Source of the DNA: Vicugna vicugna | Lineage: Eukaryota | DNA: 64,000 bases | Reading direction: 5' to 3' | Assembly (NCBI GenBank): GCA_013265495.1 | Contig: MU057744.1 | Coordinates: forward strand, 746,001 to 810,000 | Shown here: positions 1 through 13,500 of the stretch, piece after piece | Numbering within the stretch: the first letter of the stretch is position 1 | Layout of the letters: each line of letters opens with the position of its first letter | The notes under the pieces: model-generated | Seen by the model: only the letters and a program-made list of their open reading frames with translations | What the model was told of the DNA's origin: nothing | Databases searched by the model: none | Program-made: the position numbers and the translations under genes

Positions 1-326
1 CTGTTCCTTATTTACAAAATAAAGGAGATGAATTACAAAATTTCTAGAGCTCTTTCCAGCTCTCACTGGGAAATTCAAGTCTTCTAACAGCGGGTTTGTT
101 TGAGACAAACTGTCACATGAACAGCAGACCCACAGCAAACAAAAAGTGCACACTGAACTGTCCAAGTTTCCCTTCTTTCACGCCATGTTAGACTAGATGT
201 TTTCACCTTTCCTTGCAGCCCTACTTTCTGAACTCTTTCATTACCTTCTCTCTAAAGATGGGTGGTGGGGACCTGGAGGCAGGATGCAGTTAAGTGCGCC
301 TGGTGCCAAGTGGGGAGAAGAGAAGT

Positions 327-420
327 GGGGGAGCGAAAAGCTCAGTGCTAGAGTGCGTGCTTAGCATGCATGAGGTCCCGGGTTCAATCCCCAGTTCCTC
401 CACTGAAAAACAAAAAAGAA
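327..420 (+). mobile_element. tRNA-Ala-derived SINE (Vic-1-like)
   Basis: agctcagtgctagagtgcgtgcttagcatgcatgaggtcccgggttcaatcccc (A and B boxes), A-tail; TSD aagagaagtg/aagaggagtg. Confidence 0.85.
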
Positions 421-589
421 AGAGGAGTGAACAGACATCCTGTGGCTTGGTATTCGTCCTGAAGGACCAGTCTTTACCTCTCTAGCCCAGGACTCTCCAC
501 ACTCCTCTTTGAGCCTCTACTAGGCTCTCCTACATTCCAGACCTCTCCCCAGTTACATTTCCCCAGACGTGGCCAGGCAAGGTCCGTGG

Positions 590-1093
590 CTGTGGTAGCC
601 AGTCTGCCGCCTCCTGGGACCCCACGCTTGTGTTGTTCCCTTTCACGCGGTAGCAGGGTTGGCCTGTGACTAAGAGCATGAGCAGATGTGACAGCATTGT
701 CATTTCCAAGGTTAGGTGACAAAAGACTGTAGCTCCCATCTTGGGTTCTCCCCCTGTCCCCGCTTGCTCTGGAGGGAGCTGCCTGGTCTTGAAGACACTC
801 AGACAGCCCGGTGGAAGGACCCACGCGATGAGCAGCTGAGGTCCTCCGTCCGACATCCGTGAGAAGCGGAGGCCTGCCAACCACCACGCTGGGTCCTTCA
901 GCCCCAGCGGAGCCTCAGAGAAGACCACAGCCTGGCTAAGGTCTTGACCACAGCCTCTTGAGAGGCCCTGAACCCAGACCACCCAGCTAAGCCACTGAAT
1001 CCCTGCCCCCCACACACTGTGAGGCAATATGTATTTATTGTTTTAAGCTGCTAACCTCGGGGATCATTTGTTACCCAACCATAGATAACTAAC
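590..1093 (+). mobile_element. MLT1-like (MaLR) LTR
   Basis: Typical 3' end: tattgttttaagctgctaa...tttgttac...atagataactaaca. Confidence 0.65.
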
Positions 1094-2454
1094 ATGGCAA
1101 CTTTCAAACGTCCTGACCACGACCCATAGAAATACATCCCACTCTGCACCTCAGGACACACTTACACACACACATGTTCAGCCACGCACGTGGACGAGCG
1201 TATAAACAAGCAGCATTTCACGAAACAACACTGACTCTCCCTGCGTACACTCTAGCTGCCCTGCTTTCTTGATTACCGTTTCCTACTCGACTCCACTCCA
1301 TTTAAAGGCAAATGGTAACAGCGAGTCACTGAGCCGGTTTCACAACCCGTACATGCGTTTGGACAAAGGACTGCGGGGGACGAATCGTCACTGCTTCTGC
1401 TCTGCCCATCACTGGCTGACACTGCAGCAGCCATGACCCTAAATGACTCACCCTCCAAGCTAGTTTTTTTTTCCTTCAAAACTTGTCCCCTCTGAATAGA
1501 GCAGACACCACAAGATGCGGACCCCCTAATCCCTGCACTTCACTGTGTTTGGAAGTAGGACACCAGATGACACTACATTTTTTAAATTAACGTTTCATCA
1601 AGTATTTAGTCGTACAAAATTTAGAAAAATATGATGAAAGCCTGTGTTCATATTCCAGCTGAGAAAAAACATTAGAAATACAAATACAGCCCTTGCGCGG
1701 TCCAATTCCCTCTCTCCCTCCAGCAAAGTCACCTTTATCCTGAAGTTTCTGTTTCTCATTCCCATGAGTGTGCTCTATAGCTTCCCTACATCTGTTTATA
1801 CGTATGTAGGTGTATGTTCATACAGAGTTACATTTTCTATACACGGGATCATACTGCATGCCTCCATTTATAACTGGTTTTTCCCCCCAATGTGTTGTTG
1901 AAAGGTATTCATTGTCACTGCTGTATACTATTTCATCCTATGAATGGTACCCAAGCTCATCGAGCCATTCCTCCTGCTGGCAGTCACTTTGATCGTTTTC
2001 TGCTACAAACAACACTCGGGGAATATTCTTGCATATTGCTAGTGTGCATTTGCTCCCGAGCATATACCTAGATGTTGAATTTCTTAAGAAAACAGGGTGA
2101 GATACCTCAAAGGCAAATCCTAGCAAGTAGCTCGTACTGGTTTTATCTTTGTCCCGTCTTCAGATCCGAGCCTACCGGTCTGGACTGGTTTCTGTTTAGT
2201 CAACAGAGCCTTGAAGAGGGGGCAAGGAGTTAGGTTGGAAAAGCAAAAACAAAAACAAAAACATCTGTTGCTTTTTGAACTGGAGATGTGGAGGAAGCCC
2301 GTGAGTCATTTTTAATAGTTGCTGGAAGGTCTTAACTCAAATGGCCATGAACTCTTGTCTACGTAAGCTGCCTGTCAGAATCCCTGGGCAGAGCTGAGGC
2401 TTTTAGCCACAATTTCAGGACCCAAAGGTTGGCCCTGCCTGGGCTCATGTAGGC

Positions 2455-2665
2455 TGGGGGCCAGTAAACTTCTGTCAAGAGCCAGCTAGTAAATATTTCA
2501 GGCTTTGCAGGCCTTACGGTCGCTGTCACAAATACTGACCTCTGCCTTTGTAGAAGGACAGCTATCCAGAAGCGAAAGAGCGTGACTGTGTTCCAGCAAA
2601 ACTTTATTTACAAAAACAGGCAGGGGGCCAGGTGTGACCTGCAGGTCATAGTTGGCTGACCCCCT
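2455..2665 (+). mobile_element. MER58A-like hAT DNA transposon relic
   Basis: agtaaatatttcaggctttgcaggcc...aaactttatttacaaaaacaggcagggggcc. Confidence 0.75.
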
Positions 2666-3670
2666 TCTTAAGCAGAAGAAAACAACTCAGACCAGCAATA
2701 TGCAGTATTGTCTATCAAAATTTAAACTTAACCTGATTATTTTTCTCCTTTTTAGATGGTCAATTATACTAAAAACTGGTCACGCCCAGTCCTGCTCAGA
2801 GTGGGAATAGATAAATAATTTTAAACACTGCCCGTAGGAGTGGAAACTGGTTCATTTCCTCGATAACCGTCAAGAGCTGGGAGCCCCACCACAGGCCACA
2901 GACTCCACTGGATACTGGGGGCACGAAAATAAAATGCGTGAACACCCTATCTTCAAGGCACTCAAGGCTAGTAAAGGAGGCAGACACTGAAATAGTTATC
3001 TATTGCTTTAAAAAGTGATGAAATGGGAATTCCCACTTATGTCTTACTGAGACACGGATAGTGGCATAAATATATCTGGCCCACAGCAGCAGCAGCAGCA
3101 ATTAAAAATAAGTAACAACACAGCTAGCTAACGCCAGTCGGAGGCGTCAAATACACTCTTAACCGCATGACAGAATGCCGTGTGGTTTAGAGGACTGCAC
3201 CCAGGTTGGGGCCCATCGGACAAACCTGGGCTTGGGTCTAAGTTCTCGCACTTACTACCTGTGCGACCCCGACTGTGCCTTTCTCTCGTTCAGCTTTAGC
3301 ATCCTCTGTGTAACCAGAAATGGTAACAGTACTTTAAAGGTGATGATGAACACTACGTGAAATACGTAGGTAGAGCACCTGCACACGAATGGCAGCCAAT
3401 TATACGTATTCCGTTAACAGCATCTGCGGAGTGCCTCCTCAGTTCCAGGCTTGGTCCGGGTACTGACCTAGGGCTACTGTTATCCTTATGATCTAACGAG
3501 GCACCACTCGAGTCTCAGGGCAGTGGGCAACTCTACAAGCTGCACAGTCCAGGCCTAATAGGTAATATAGGCAATTCTGAGGAGTCGTCAGTCTGCGTCT
3601 TCCTGCAGCTGGTGGCCCCCCACCTCCCCCATCCCTACCCTAGCTCTATGCCCTGTGACTCTTAGGAATC

Positions 3671-4135
3671 TGTGATGGTTAATTTTATCTGTCAACTTGA
3701 CTGGGCCACGGGATGCCTAGATATTTGCTCAAACAGTATTCTGGGTGTGTCTGTAAGGATGTTTCAGATGAGATTAACCTTTAACTCTGTAGACTGAGTA
3801 AAGCAGATTGCCCTCCCTTAGGTGGGGGTGGGCCTCATCCAATCAGTTGAAGGCCAGACTTGAACCAAATGGTTGACCCTTCCCTTTACAAGTAAGAAAG
3901 AGATCTCCCTTCCTGATGACCTGTGAATGGAACATGAGATTTCTCTTGCCTTTGGACTCAAACAGAAACACTGGCTATTCCTGGATTTCTAGCTGGTTGA
4001 CTGTGGATCTTGGGACTTGCCAGTCTCTATAATTGTGTAAATCAATTCCTTCTAATACATTTCTCTCTCAATATATACACACACAACATGTGTGCACACA
4101 CACATGTCCATTAGTTCTGTTTCCCTAGAGAACCA
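3671..4135 (+). mobile_element. MLT2-like (ERVL) LTR
   Basis: tgtgatggttaattttatctgtcaacttgactgggccacgggatgcc...ttctgtttccctagagaacc. Confidence 0.8.
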
Positions 4136-4412
4136 CAAAGCAGATCAGTTCTTATCCTGCACTGCGTGCTCAAGTCACAAGCATAACCAGGCTCCAGGCT
4201 GCCAGTACAGTTATGGTGCATGTGTGGTACCCCCGGGAGTTGTGCAGTGTACAACCCACACTGCTCTACACTGCAGCTGGGCTCTCATCTCCCACCTCAA
4301 CTCTCCACAGAGCCTCCCACTTTCCTACCTCATTTCCTCAACCCAGGCCATGTGCTCAGTCCTCATGGATATGACAACGACCCACCAACTCCAAATGTCC
4401 CTGACACCTTAC

Positions 4413-4535
4413 CTCCAGGAGTGCAGCGGAAGCCATCTCCCTGATAACCCGGTTTGCACTGGCACGTGAAGGAGCCTGGAGTGTTGTAGCAGAAGGCATC
4501 TGGGTGACATCGGCTTGGCTGGCATTCGTCCACAT
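4413..4535 (-). CDS. NID1: NID1 exon 12 (calcium-binding EGF5)
   Basis: [49 protein letters not shown]; 123 nt. Confidence 0.96.
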
Positions 4536-7500
4536 CTGCAAAACAGGGACAGTGAGATTTCTTCTGAGATTCATAGTTTACACAATAATTTAAGCCACTT
4601 GCTCAGCTTCGGGGGACCCAGTTTCTGATCTGGGAACAGTGATTTGGAACTCACAAAACATTCCTTATCAAAACACTAACTCCTCTGCTTCTAGCTAGTG
4701 TATTTACATATATGTTTTGTTTTGAGGATAATGCTTTCATGAAAATCAAGCATGCAAAAGGAAAGTTGAGAGGGTTTTTTTTCATCATAAAATGATCCTT
4801 CTCATCATATACGAGAACTTCAAAATGTCTGCGAGCTTGGAGACAGGTCACTAATAGCTCAACGGAGAAATCTCAGAGACAAGAGAAAGTTCACATGTTC
4901 AGTAACAAAGGCAAACGTCTCAGAAAGTACAATCTCTTAGGAAAGCTTGGACTTTCCAGAAATACTCTACGGTATAACGTTGAGTAAGTTTGCAAACCAA
5001 GGGACCGGAGAACTGTGTTCCAAGTGATCTCACTTAAATTTATCTTTAAGAGCCCATTGGCTGCCAAGGATGGACAGACCTCAGGTCTGAGAGAATTCTG
5101 TGGGGTCATTCACTCCCTGCCTCTGAGTCAGTTATCCAATCAGGGACTTCACTTTTTTCTAGAGCACAGGGTTAGAGCAGGCCAGGTGAATGACTGTATA
5201 TATCTTATTATATAAAAGGCTGGACTTTCAGTTTGTCTTTCATGAAAAGACAAGCCATCTCCCCAGTCCCCGGTAGGCAGCAGGTGTCTGATGTAGAGTC
5301 TGAATAAACAAGTCACGCAGAACAACATGGCACGGGGAGGACCCGTGTCTTCCCCGGCGAGGACAGCCCCCAAAAGGAAAACGTAGAGTTCAAACTACTA
5401 GAGATACAAAATGTAGCCCAGTGACCCAACAGAGCTGAGGGAATGATCAGTGATGAGCATTTCACAGGTACCACCGAGGAGAGGTTTCCAGGTTACACAG
5501 GGAGAGAGTCGGAGCCACCACGCACCTTGGCAGGCTCGGCCGTCCCCGGAGAAGCCGGGCAGGCAGGAGCAGGTGTAGGAGGAGCCCCCCAGGTAGATGC
5601 ACTGGGCCCGCTGGGGGATGTCGCAGTCGTGGAGGTTAGACGCGCAGTAGTTGATGGGGCGCTGGTCCGCGATGGCTTCAGACAAAAGGGTGACACACGA
5701 TGTTTAAAGAATGCCCTGAGCGGTACCACGGCCCTTCCAAGCTCCCTCCACTTTAACCCACTGAGTTTAGTTCACTGAGGTGGACCTGCCTGGACCCCAG
5801 ACCTCCAGGCTTCTTGCCAGGCTCACCCCTGCTCCCCAGGGGCTGGGACCGCTGGCTCCCCTCCTGTCTCCTCCCACCCGATCCCGCCTCTGACTGGTCT
5901 CCGCGGACTGACACCGCAATGGGACGTTCAGCCTGGCCTTCAACCTCCGCTTCAGCCCGGGGCTCTGTCCACTCTCCACACCGGGCCCCTGGCACCGAAC
6001 CTCCCCTTCATCCGGACATGGAGGTGGACCTGCCTCCCGCGGCAACTGTGACGGAGCATTGGGGGCTGAGAATCTGAGACTCCCGCACGGTGTCCTTGAC
6101 CCCGGGCCACCGGGCAGGTGGAACACTCGCTACGAATGCCAAAGTCAAAGCCACCCACTTCCCCCAAGGGGGTAGAAGCGCACGTTCTCAGGGAGGGGAG
6201 GAGACAGGGCGGTAGGATGGCCGGGGGCCCCTGGGGTGGGCAGCTCTGGGCTTCTGCCAGGTACAGATGAGGCGACCACGTGGCTTTGGTCAATCACATA
6301 ACTGCTTGGAGCCTCCCGATCTTCCCCCGAAAAGGAGGAACCACTCCCAGCATCCCAAGCACAGGGAGGCCCAGAAGACGGTACTGTGAGTTTTCAAAGG
6401 GCCCTGATGCCAGAACTCACACAGTGAGGGCTCAGGAGCAGGTGTGTGACACACAGGTGAGACAATCACACCCGTCGAAGGCTGAGGTCTAGGGGGCGAT
6501 TTCCAACGACTGGTCCAAGTCCTTTAGTTTGTCAGACACCATCTAGCTTCTGGGTTTTTAGCTCCAAGACCCAGGACAGGGCCCCGGTCCTGGCAACGTC
6601 AGAACAGAACCCCTCCCTCCCTCCAGGGAGCCCCTCTGCATTTGGGTTATCCCAGATACGGGAGGACTCCTCGTCCTTCTCCTCCCAAGGTTAAGTCCAG
6701 CTTGTCCTGCCTCAGGTGCTTTGGGAGCGAGAGCTCCAAGCACTGCTCCAAGCACTGCCGTAAAGAAGAGGACGCTCTTCGAAGGTCTGTGCCCAGGAGA
6801 CGTTAGCCAAGGACCGGATTGGTGGACGGAGGCCCAGCCTGCGCCCTCAGCAACCTGGACGCCTGAAGCCGGGAATGCTGGCTCACTCCCGTGGGCCAAG
6901 CCTTGGGGGCCAGAGTGTTGCCGGATTTTAAGCTGCTACAAGCGATCCAAATTTCTGTCCAGACACAATAACGCAGATTACACTGAACCCATCTACGGAC
7001 ACCCTCTGTGCTCTCTCTTCCCTCCCCTCCCATCATTTCTAATGGCCTTTTCTCCGGGGTCCCCCTACCCCACTCCTCCAGCTCGCAAAGTGTGAAAGGG
7101 ACGTTCTCGGAGGATTGGGACCCAAAAAAGACAGGAAAAATAGACTCAGACAGAACAGCCAGGAAAGGAGTCTCACTCCTCTGACATCAAACACTGATGT
7201 CATTCTTCGCACGTAAGCGATCATTTTACAAGTCGGGTTTGCTCCAGCGTCACTCCGCCCTCCCCCCTCACCATGGTTAACAGGAGAGGATCTTATAACA
7301 GGATGGGTGGGTCCCGATGTCCCCTGCCCAGTCATCACCTTCACATACATGTTTCCATAATCCTCAAATCCTTGCTAAAAAAAGGCAGTTTATAATTTAA
7401 CTTTTTACAGCATGTTTTCCTTTAGGTAAGACACACAGAGGTTTTAGACGGTCTTATGGATTATGTTCATTCAAAGGGGAGTCATTTTAAAACCAGATGG

Positions 7501-10500
7501 TCCCTGGCCCATCACGGCAAGCGAGAAGCTGTCCCAGACACGTGCAGGAGAACTTTTCACTAATTCACACAATAGGGGCCCCCGGCACGCCCAGCCATTC
7601 TTCCCCCAAAGGCTCCTAACCCCGCAGGGTGGCCGTTCGTCTCCCCACAACTGTCACCCCGCCGTTAACTCGGGCGTGCGGGGGGAGGAGGGGTAAATTC
7701 TGGAAAGGAGGGAACATCGGGCTTAAAACGGGAATTAAAAAGTCATCACTGTTACAGGTACATGGTAAGCTGGGGTTTCACTTTCTGATTCCTTCATTTC
7801 TTCTTTATTTTTTTTAGAATTCAAAAAAAACTTCTTGAGGGGCAAGGTAATTAGGCTTTTATTTACTTACTCCCTGGTAACCACAGGTTTTAAAAAATTT
7901 TTTTGATTTATTTATTTTTAGGGTTTTGTTTGGGGGGGACTCGCTTATTTATTTAATGGAGGTACTGGGGATTGAACCCCAGACCTCATGCAGGCTAAAC
8001 ACATGCTCTACCCCTGAGCCACACCCTCCCCTGCCCCACAGTTTGTTTGCTGCGTCTGTGGTTTTCACACTTGTTTCTGAGCCATGGGAGCCACTATTCA
8101 AACAGAATAAACCTGTACTCAGAGCGGGACACATAGAAGAACGGCAGAGTCCACGCCCGGCTTCCCCGTGCCCCCACCGGCGGCCCCCGAGTCAGCTCCG
8201 AGGTCTCGACGGGACGCACTGAGCCCGTGCTACAGTCTGATCACCTCATTTTACAGGTGAGGAACCGAGGCCCGGAGGGGTGAAGCGTCTCCCTCAAAAC
8301 CAGACGCCCGGGAGTGGACATCTGCACCCCACCTGACTTGCATCAGCCATCCGACCCCTCCAGTGAGCGTGGACACCAGGAATGGCTGGAGGCAGAAACA
8401 CAGAAGACCAGGCCCCACACACGTCTGTCCCAGGACTGTCCACTTCCCCACCCACCAGGGAGAGGGCCCACCACCCCAGTTTGAGCCAAAATGTAAATGG
8501 TGCTGCCATGAAAAATAGACCTTCGAATCTCCTTCATCTCCAAAAGCTGAGAAGGAAGTCAGGGCGGATTCACAATTATTGGTCTCAGTTCAAAAAAATC
8601 AAAAAAATAAAAAATAAGGAACTTTAGCAGAGCTGAAATCACAGCTCTGTGCAAAGGGGACTGGCGTCTCTAACTTCACAGATGTTTGGGTCGGACTCAA
8701 AATATGAGAACGGCCTGTTCCCTCCCGCCCCGAGGACACCACCTCACCCTGGGACCCGGCGGCCTCATCTGAGTTCCAAGACAGAGCGGACAGAAAGCAT
8801 GCTTAGGGCTGATAAACAGCAAGGAGGGGCCGGGGGACTGTGCACTGAGGCAGCAAGAGAGGAATCTGTTTTAAATTGGGAAGAGATGTTGAGTTCAGAT
8901 GGCCCCTTCAGCGAGCTGCCCTCCAGACTGGAAATCTCCACAAGTCTCTGATCTTCAAATTCTTGGACACCACAGGTCAAAGGGCAGCAGGCGGAAAAAG
9001 TGGGATGATTTCAACAATCATCACCAGCCTAACGCGTCATTAGCCTAATTCGTGGCCTTAACTTAGGCACTTTGATGAGCCCGGATGCTCTGGCAGTAAG
9101 GCCACAAGCCCCTAGAAGGCATCCCCTCCACCCAAGGGGTGGCCCTTGGCCACTACATTCCAGGAGAAACAAGTCTAAGTGTTTTAATAGCTGTTAAAAG
9201 AATCACGAGAAGTAAAAGTTGTGTAAGATGAGGGGCAGCAGTAAGGCCAAAGTTGGCAACAGGCGAGGGCGGGGCGTGACACGTGCAGACAGTCACATTG
9301 CTTGTTCCCTGTACGTGGGACCCTCCAGTCTGATTCAGCTTTGTGAACTGCCCCCCCCCAGCGACAGAACCGGGAAGCTTCCACCTCAGCTCGGAGGACC
9401 CCCGGGGGCCACACCCCCCACCCAGCCGCCGACCTGCAGCACGTGAATGATCACTTGGAAAGTCACCGACAGCACTCACCCACACACGCTCCCTCCTCTG
9501 AAAACCGGAAGCCCTCCGCGCACTCGCAGCGGAAGGTCCCTGGGTGGTTGTTGCAGATCGCGTGGCTCCCACACACCGATGGCTGTTCCGAACACTCATC
9601 GATATCTACGGCAGATTACGTACAAGAGGCAAAGAAAAACACCTCTTCAAACATCACAAAACGCAATAAAATGTAAAGTATTTTGGCCTGCAGATGAATC
9701 CATTTTCAAACACATTTTTTTTTTATATTCTAAAAGCAGCGTTAAATAAGGGTTTTTTTGTGCATAACTTAATTCTTTTCCCATTCTAAAAATGTTTCTC
9801 TTTTCTTTTTTCTAATGGAGGGACTGGGGATTGAACCCAGGACCTTGTGCTTGCTAAGCATGTGCTCTACCACTGAGCTGTACCCACTTACCCCCCTTTT
9901 TTCCCATTTAAAGAAAATTGAAGTCTAGTTGATTTACAATGTTGTGCTAGTTTCTGGTGTGCAGCAGAGTGACTCAAGTTATACACATACATACACACAT
10001 ACATATTCTTTCTCATGCGCTTTTTCATTACAGGTTACTACAAGCTCTGTGCCTAACTTGAGAGACTGATTCCAAGACCCCCCTCCTCTGTAAAACTGTG
10101 CTTCCCCCACCTCTCCTGGAGGCAGTCGCCGAGCCTGGGGCCCACTGACAGCAGATGGGCAAATGGAAAGACATGCAGACAAGTATTCAGACTCTGAATC
10201 AGGTTCCTAAACCACAGAGCATCGCTAGATATGCTACTGTTCAAAAACGTTCCCTTCCTCCAGTGACAGTTACAAAAAAAGTTGGACAGTGTAAAGTCAA
10301 CTTGTGACTTTCCAAATTGTTATCCAGAGCTCAACGCACTGAAAGGAAAACCCAAAGCCCGTAGGATGGGGAGCGATGCCCTCCCACATGACCACACTGT
10401 AGCCATCGTGTGACTGCAACAAAGAGACGGGTGCCTGCAGCTGGACGGAGCTGGGCCCACATCCGCCTCCTTTGGTCAGCAGCCTGGGTGTGGTCTCAGG

Positions 10501-13500
10501 TAAGCTGCCTGACTACCCAGCCTCAGCTTCCCTGTTGGTAGGCAAGCATGCCAGAACTTGTCTTGGGGTTTCTTCTGAGGGCTGCGGAAGATGGAGGTAA
10601 ACCAGAGGCACACCCAGCAAGCTCAAGAAGTGTAACTATCATCATCATTCTTAGGGGCTCATCCGAATCCACCAGCCACAGGGGTGGACCTGGCTGAGTC
10701 TAGGAACATGGCCCTCAGATGGCCACTGGCACTGGACACCAGTCTGCGGCTGCCATTCCAGTAAGGCTGGTTGGGCCAGATGAGAGACAGAGCTACCTTG
10801 TCACTACCTTGGTCCACTGATGGATTGAAATAAATACAGTCACACATGGTCCTGGTGCGTCCACCTCATTCTCCGAGTGTATATACACAGTCACTTCTGG
10901 CCTTTCTAGAACTCTCGGAGATGCGTGTGAGGAAGATTTCGTGATGGCTGAGACCGCACAACCCCCTCCCCCTCTCCACTCCCCTTCCTCGATGCCGTAT
11001 CCACCTCCAATGGCCAGTCTTAGCCGGTCCCTTCATGGCTGAGACCAAAGGCCGGGCTGGCTTACTGGGCAACTTTGCACAAGACAAGCACTCGTAGAAC
11101 GTCAGCCCCGCAGCTTCACCGATGCTCAGACAAAAACCCAAACCCGACAGCATTCAGCTTCCTGAAACACCCCCGCCTGGTATGTTTCTGTGACATGTTT
11201 AAGACCCCAGAGCTCAGACAGGAGGGCGGCTCCAGGCACAGCTGGAAGGTCACGGCACAAAGCGCCTCCCAAGGCGGCCTCTAAATGAGCCGGAGCTGGG
11301 ACTTGGGTGGAGGGAGATTCAGCAAGTGTTTGCAGCTCCATCCACCAGCTGCTGCTGCAACGACGTGGGAGAGAAAGACCATGCCGGCCTCCCTGTCCCA
11401 GCACCGCGGCCCTCCCAGGACACTCCGGGCATGGATGTCTGGACGCACTGTGCAGGCTGCAGGCTCCACGGCTTAGCCTCCACTGCCAAGGCCCAACAGC
11501 ACAGAGCAAAAGCACAGGGGAGGGTCTCCAAGCGTCACTAACCCCCGGAAGGTCTGAGGAGAGGGAACCTGTGTGTTTCAAGGAAGCTCCTTAGGTGATT
11601 GGAGGATGCTGTGCCGCCCACCCTACCTGGGGAGCCGTGCAAATAGGATCTGGGGGCCTGTGGGATGAGGGTGGGGGTGGGCCCCCGGGACCACCCCTCC
11701 CTCCACGCAGGTCTACACAGATTATCCAAGCGGAGCCACACCTTTTCGTTAGAGCAAAACCCTAGCAACTTCCCCGCTAACATCTCCCAATCCTTACAGT
11801 TTGGAAATTCTTCCTAATGCCCAGTTGAAACCCTCCCTTCTGTAAACTGAGGCTGGGACTCTAATCCGGTCTTCAGTAGAAACAGTGAATTAGTGGTAAC
11901 TGTTCCTCGTAAAATATCACAATGTCTGCTTGGAGACCACTGGTCTCATTATTCAATATCCAGTTGCCCTCTTCTCTGGGGAGAGATTTCCTTCCACAAA
12001 TAAATCACTCTCTCACCCAACAGGAAAGCCGTGGGTTTTTCTTGCAATGACCGCTCCCTTTTTGAGCTGTTTTTCAGCGCAGCTACTTTTCACGTACCTT
12101 CCACAACTCTTTCCTGTAATTTCTCCTTTTCATAAACTACAGGCTCTTGCAGGAGAAGAGTCTCACGACTGATTCGTTAAGTGTCTTGTGTGTTCTCAAA
12201 ATGACTCGATGAGAGATGGCCCAAAATCATCTTTTGCTCCCAGCTGAGAAGTATACGGGAGCCACTCTGCCAGACACCAGAGTTCTGTGATTCAGCCGGA
12301 GATCTTCCCCAAATTACCTTGGCGGGTCACGCTGCAGGGTCTAACCGACACCAGCCTTGTTTCGGGTGTCGCCTGTCCTTCTATCGACGCGACACACACT
12401 GCATTACAAAGGCTCACCCTCAATCTCTTCTGAGGCACTTTCCTGGTCAAAATAACATGTGAAGTGATCTGCTTAATGCAATTTCCTATCAACAGCCTCG
12501 TGTCTCAATGCATTAGCGCTCCGAGGGTGATTCTCGTGACCCAGAACAAAAAGCAGCCGGACCGGGAACAGACTCACATTCCAGGGTGCAAATCTGCCGG
12601 AACGAGGACGAATGCTGGGACAGAAGCAAGTGCACACCAACACCTGTCTTCCTGGGCGGGGACACCGGAGCGTTTTCCACGACAGCAACGATGACACGCA
12701 CGGAGCTCGGCTGGCTGCGCCTTGGGAAGTGAAGCAAGCGCTCCCACTGCCAGCTCAGGCTCCGGCAGTGGGACCAGCCCGAGAGGTTCGGTTTCTGCGG
12801 GCTGGGGAAGTGCCACGTCTGACTGATGTCCAGTTGGCTTACGAAGCTGAAACGAGGCTCCAGAAAGACTGAGCCAGTGGATGCTTCCGCTGGAGAAGCG
12901 TGGGAGCCCCAGCCCCGTGCGGTGTCCGGCACCATCTCCGCGGCCCAGGAGGGCTCTGCTCACACGCACGCAGTATGCATGCAGCCACTCGAGACTGACG
13001 GGCTCTTTGGGGAAATACTAGGGACGTCTGATGATCAGAGGTGAGTAGGAACTGGTCCCCTGCCTGGTGGTATGTTCCAAGGAGGGTGAGTCTCAGACCG
13101 AATTCCAGCACGTGTGCAAAGTTAGCAGCAGGCTGGCTGAACAACTGCACAACGGGTTCCTGCAAGGCCAGCCCCTGCTCTGCATTATTCTGGATGTTCC
13201 AATGAGCACCTTACGTCCAGTCTCACCCTGACGCGAATGCAGGAGGATCTGCTCTGCTTCGCGTTAACTCAGCACACTCAATCCGTCATTAAGTGCAGGC
13301 ACTGGATTCCAGACCCAAGGCATCGCTCCCAAATTCCAAGGTTGCTGGGCTCACCAGATCCTCACGCCCCCGTCACTCAAGGGGGCTGCTCATGGTTCCC
13401 GCCGAACATAACGTGTGCACACCACCCATTTCACTAGAGAAGCTTCTAGAATTCCTTACACCCGTTGGCGAGCCCTCTGTTGTGGGTTTTGGTAGCACTC

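Noticed and set aside
327..400. tRNA-Ala gene (and similar copies elsewhere in the window)
   Set aside because: Many diverged copies with A-rich tails and TSDs indicate SINEs rather than functional tRNA genes.
1..4412. NID1 exon 13 (thyroglobulin type-1 domain)
   Set aside because: No QC..CWCV-type coding sequence was found; the exon presumably lies outside the window.
5676..5690. Unusual AAG acceptor for exon 11
   Set aside because: Still a canonical AG with a pyrimidine tract and the correct phase; uncommon but not abnormal.
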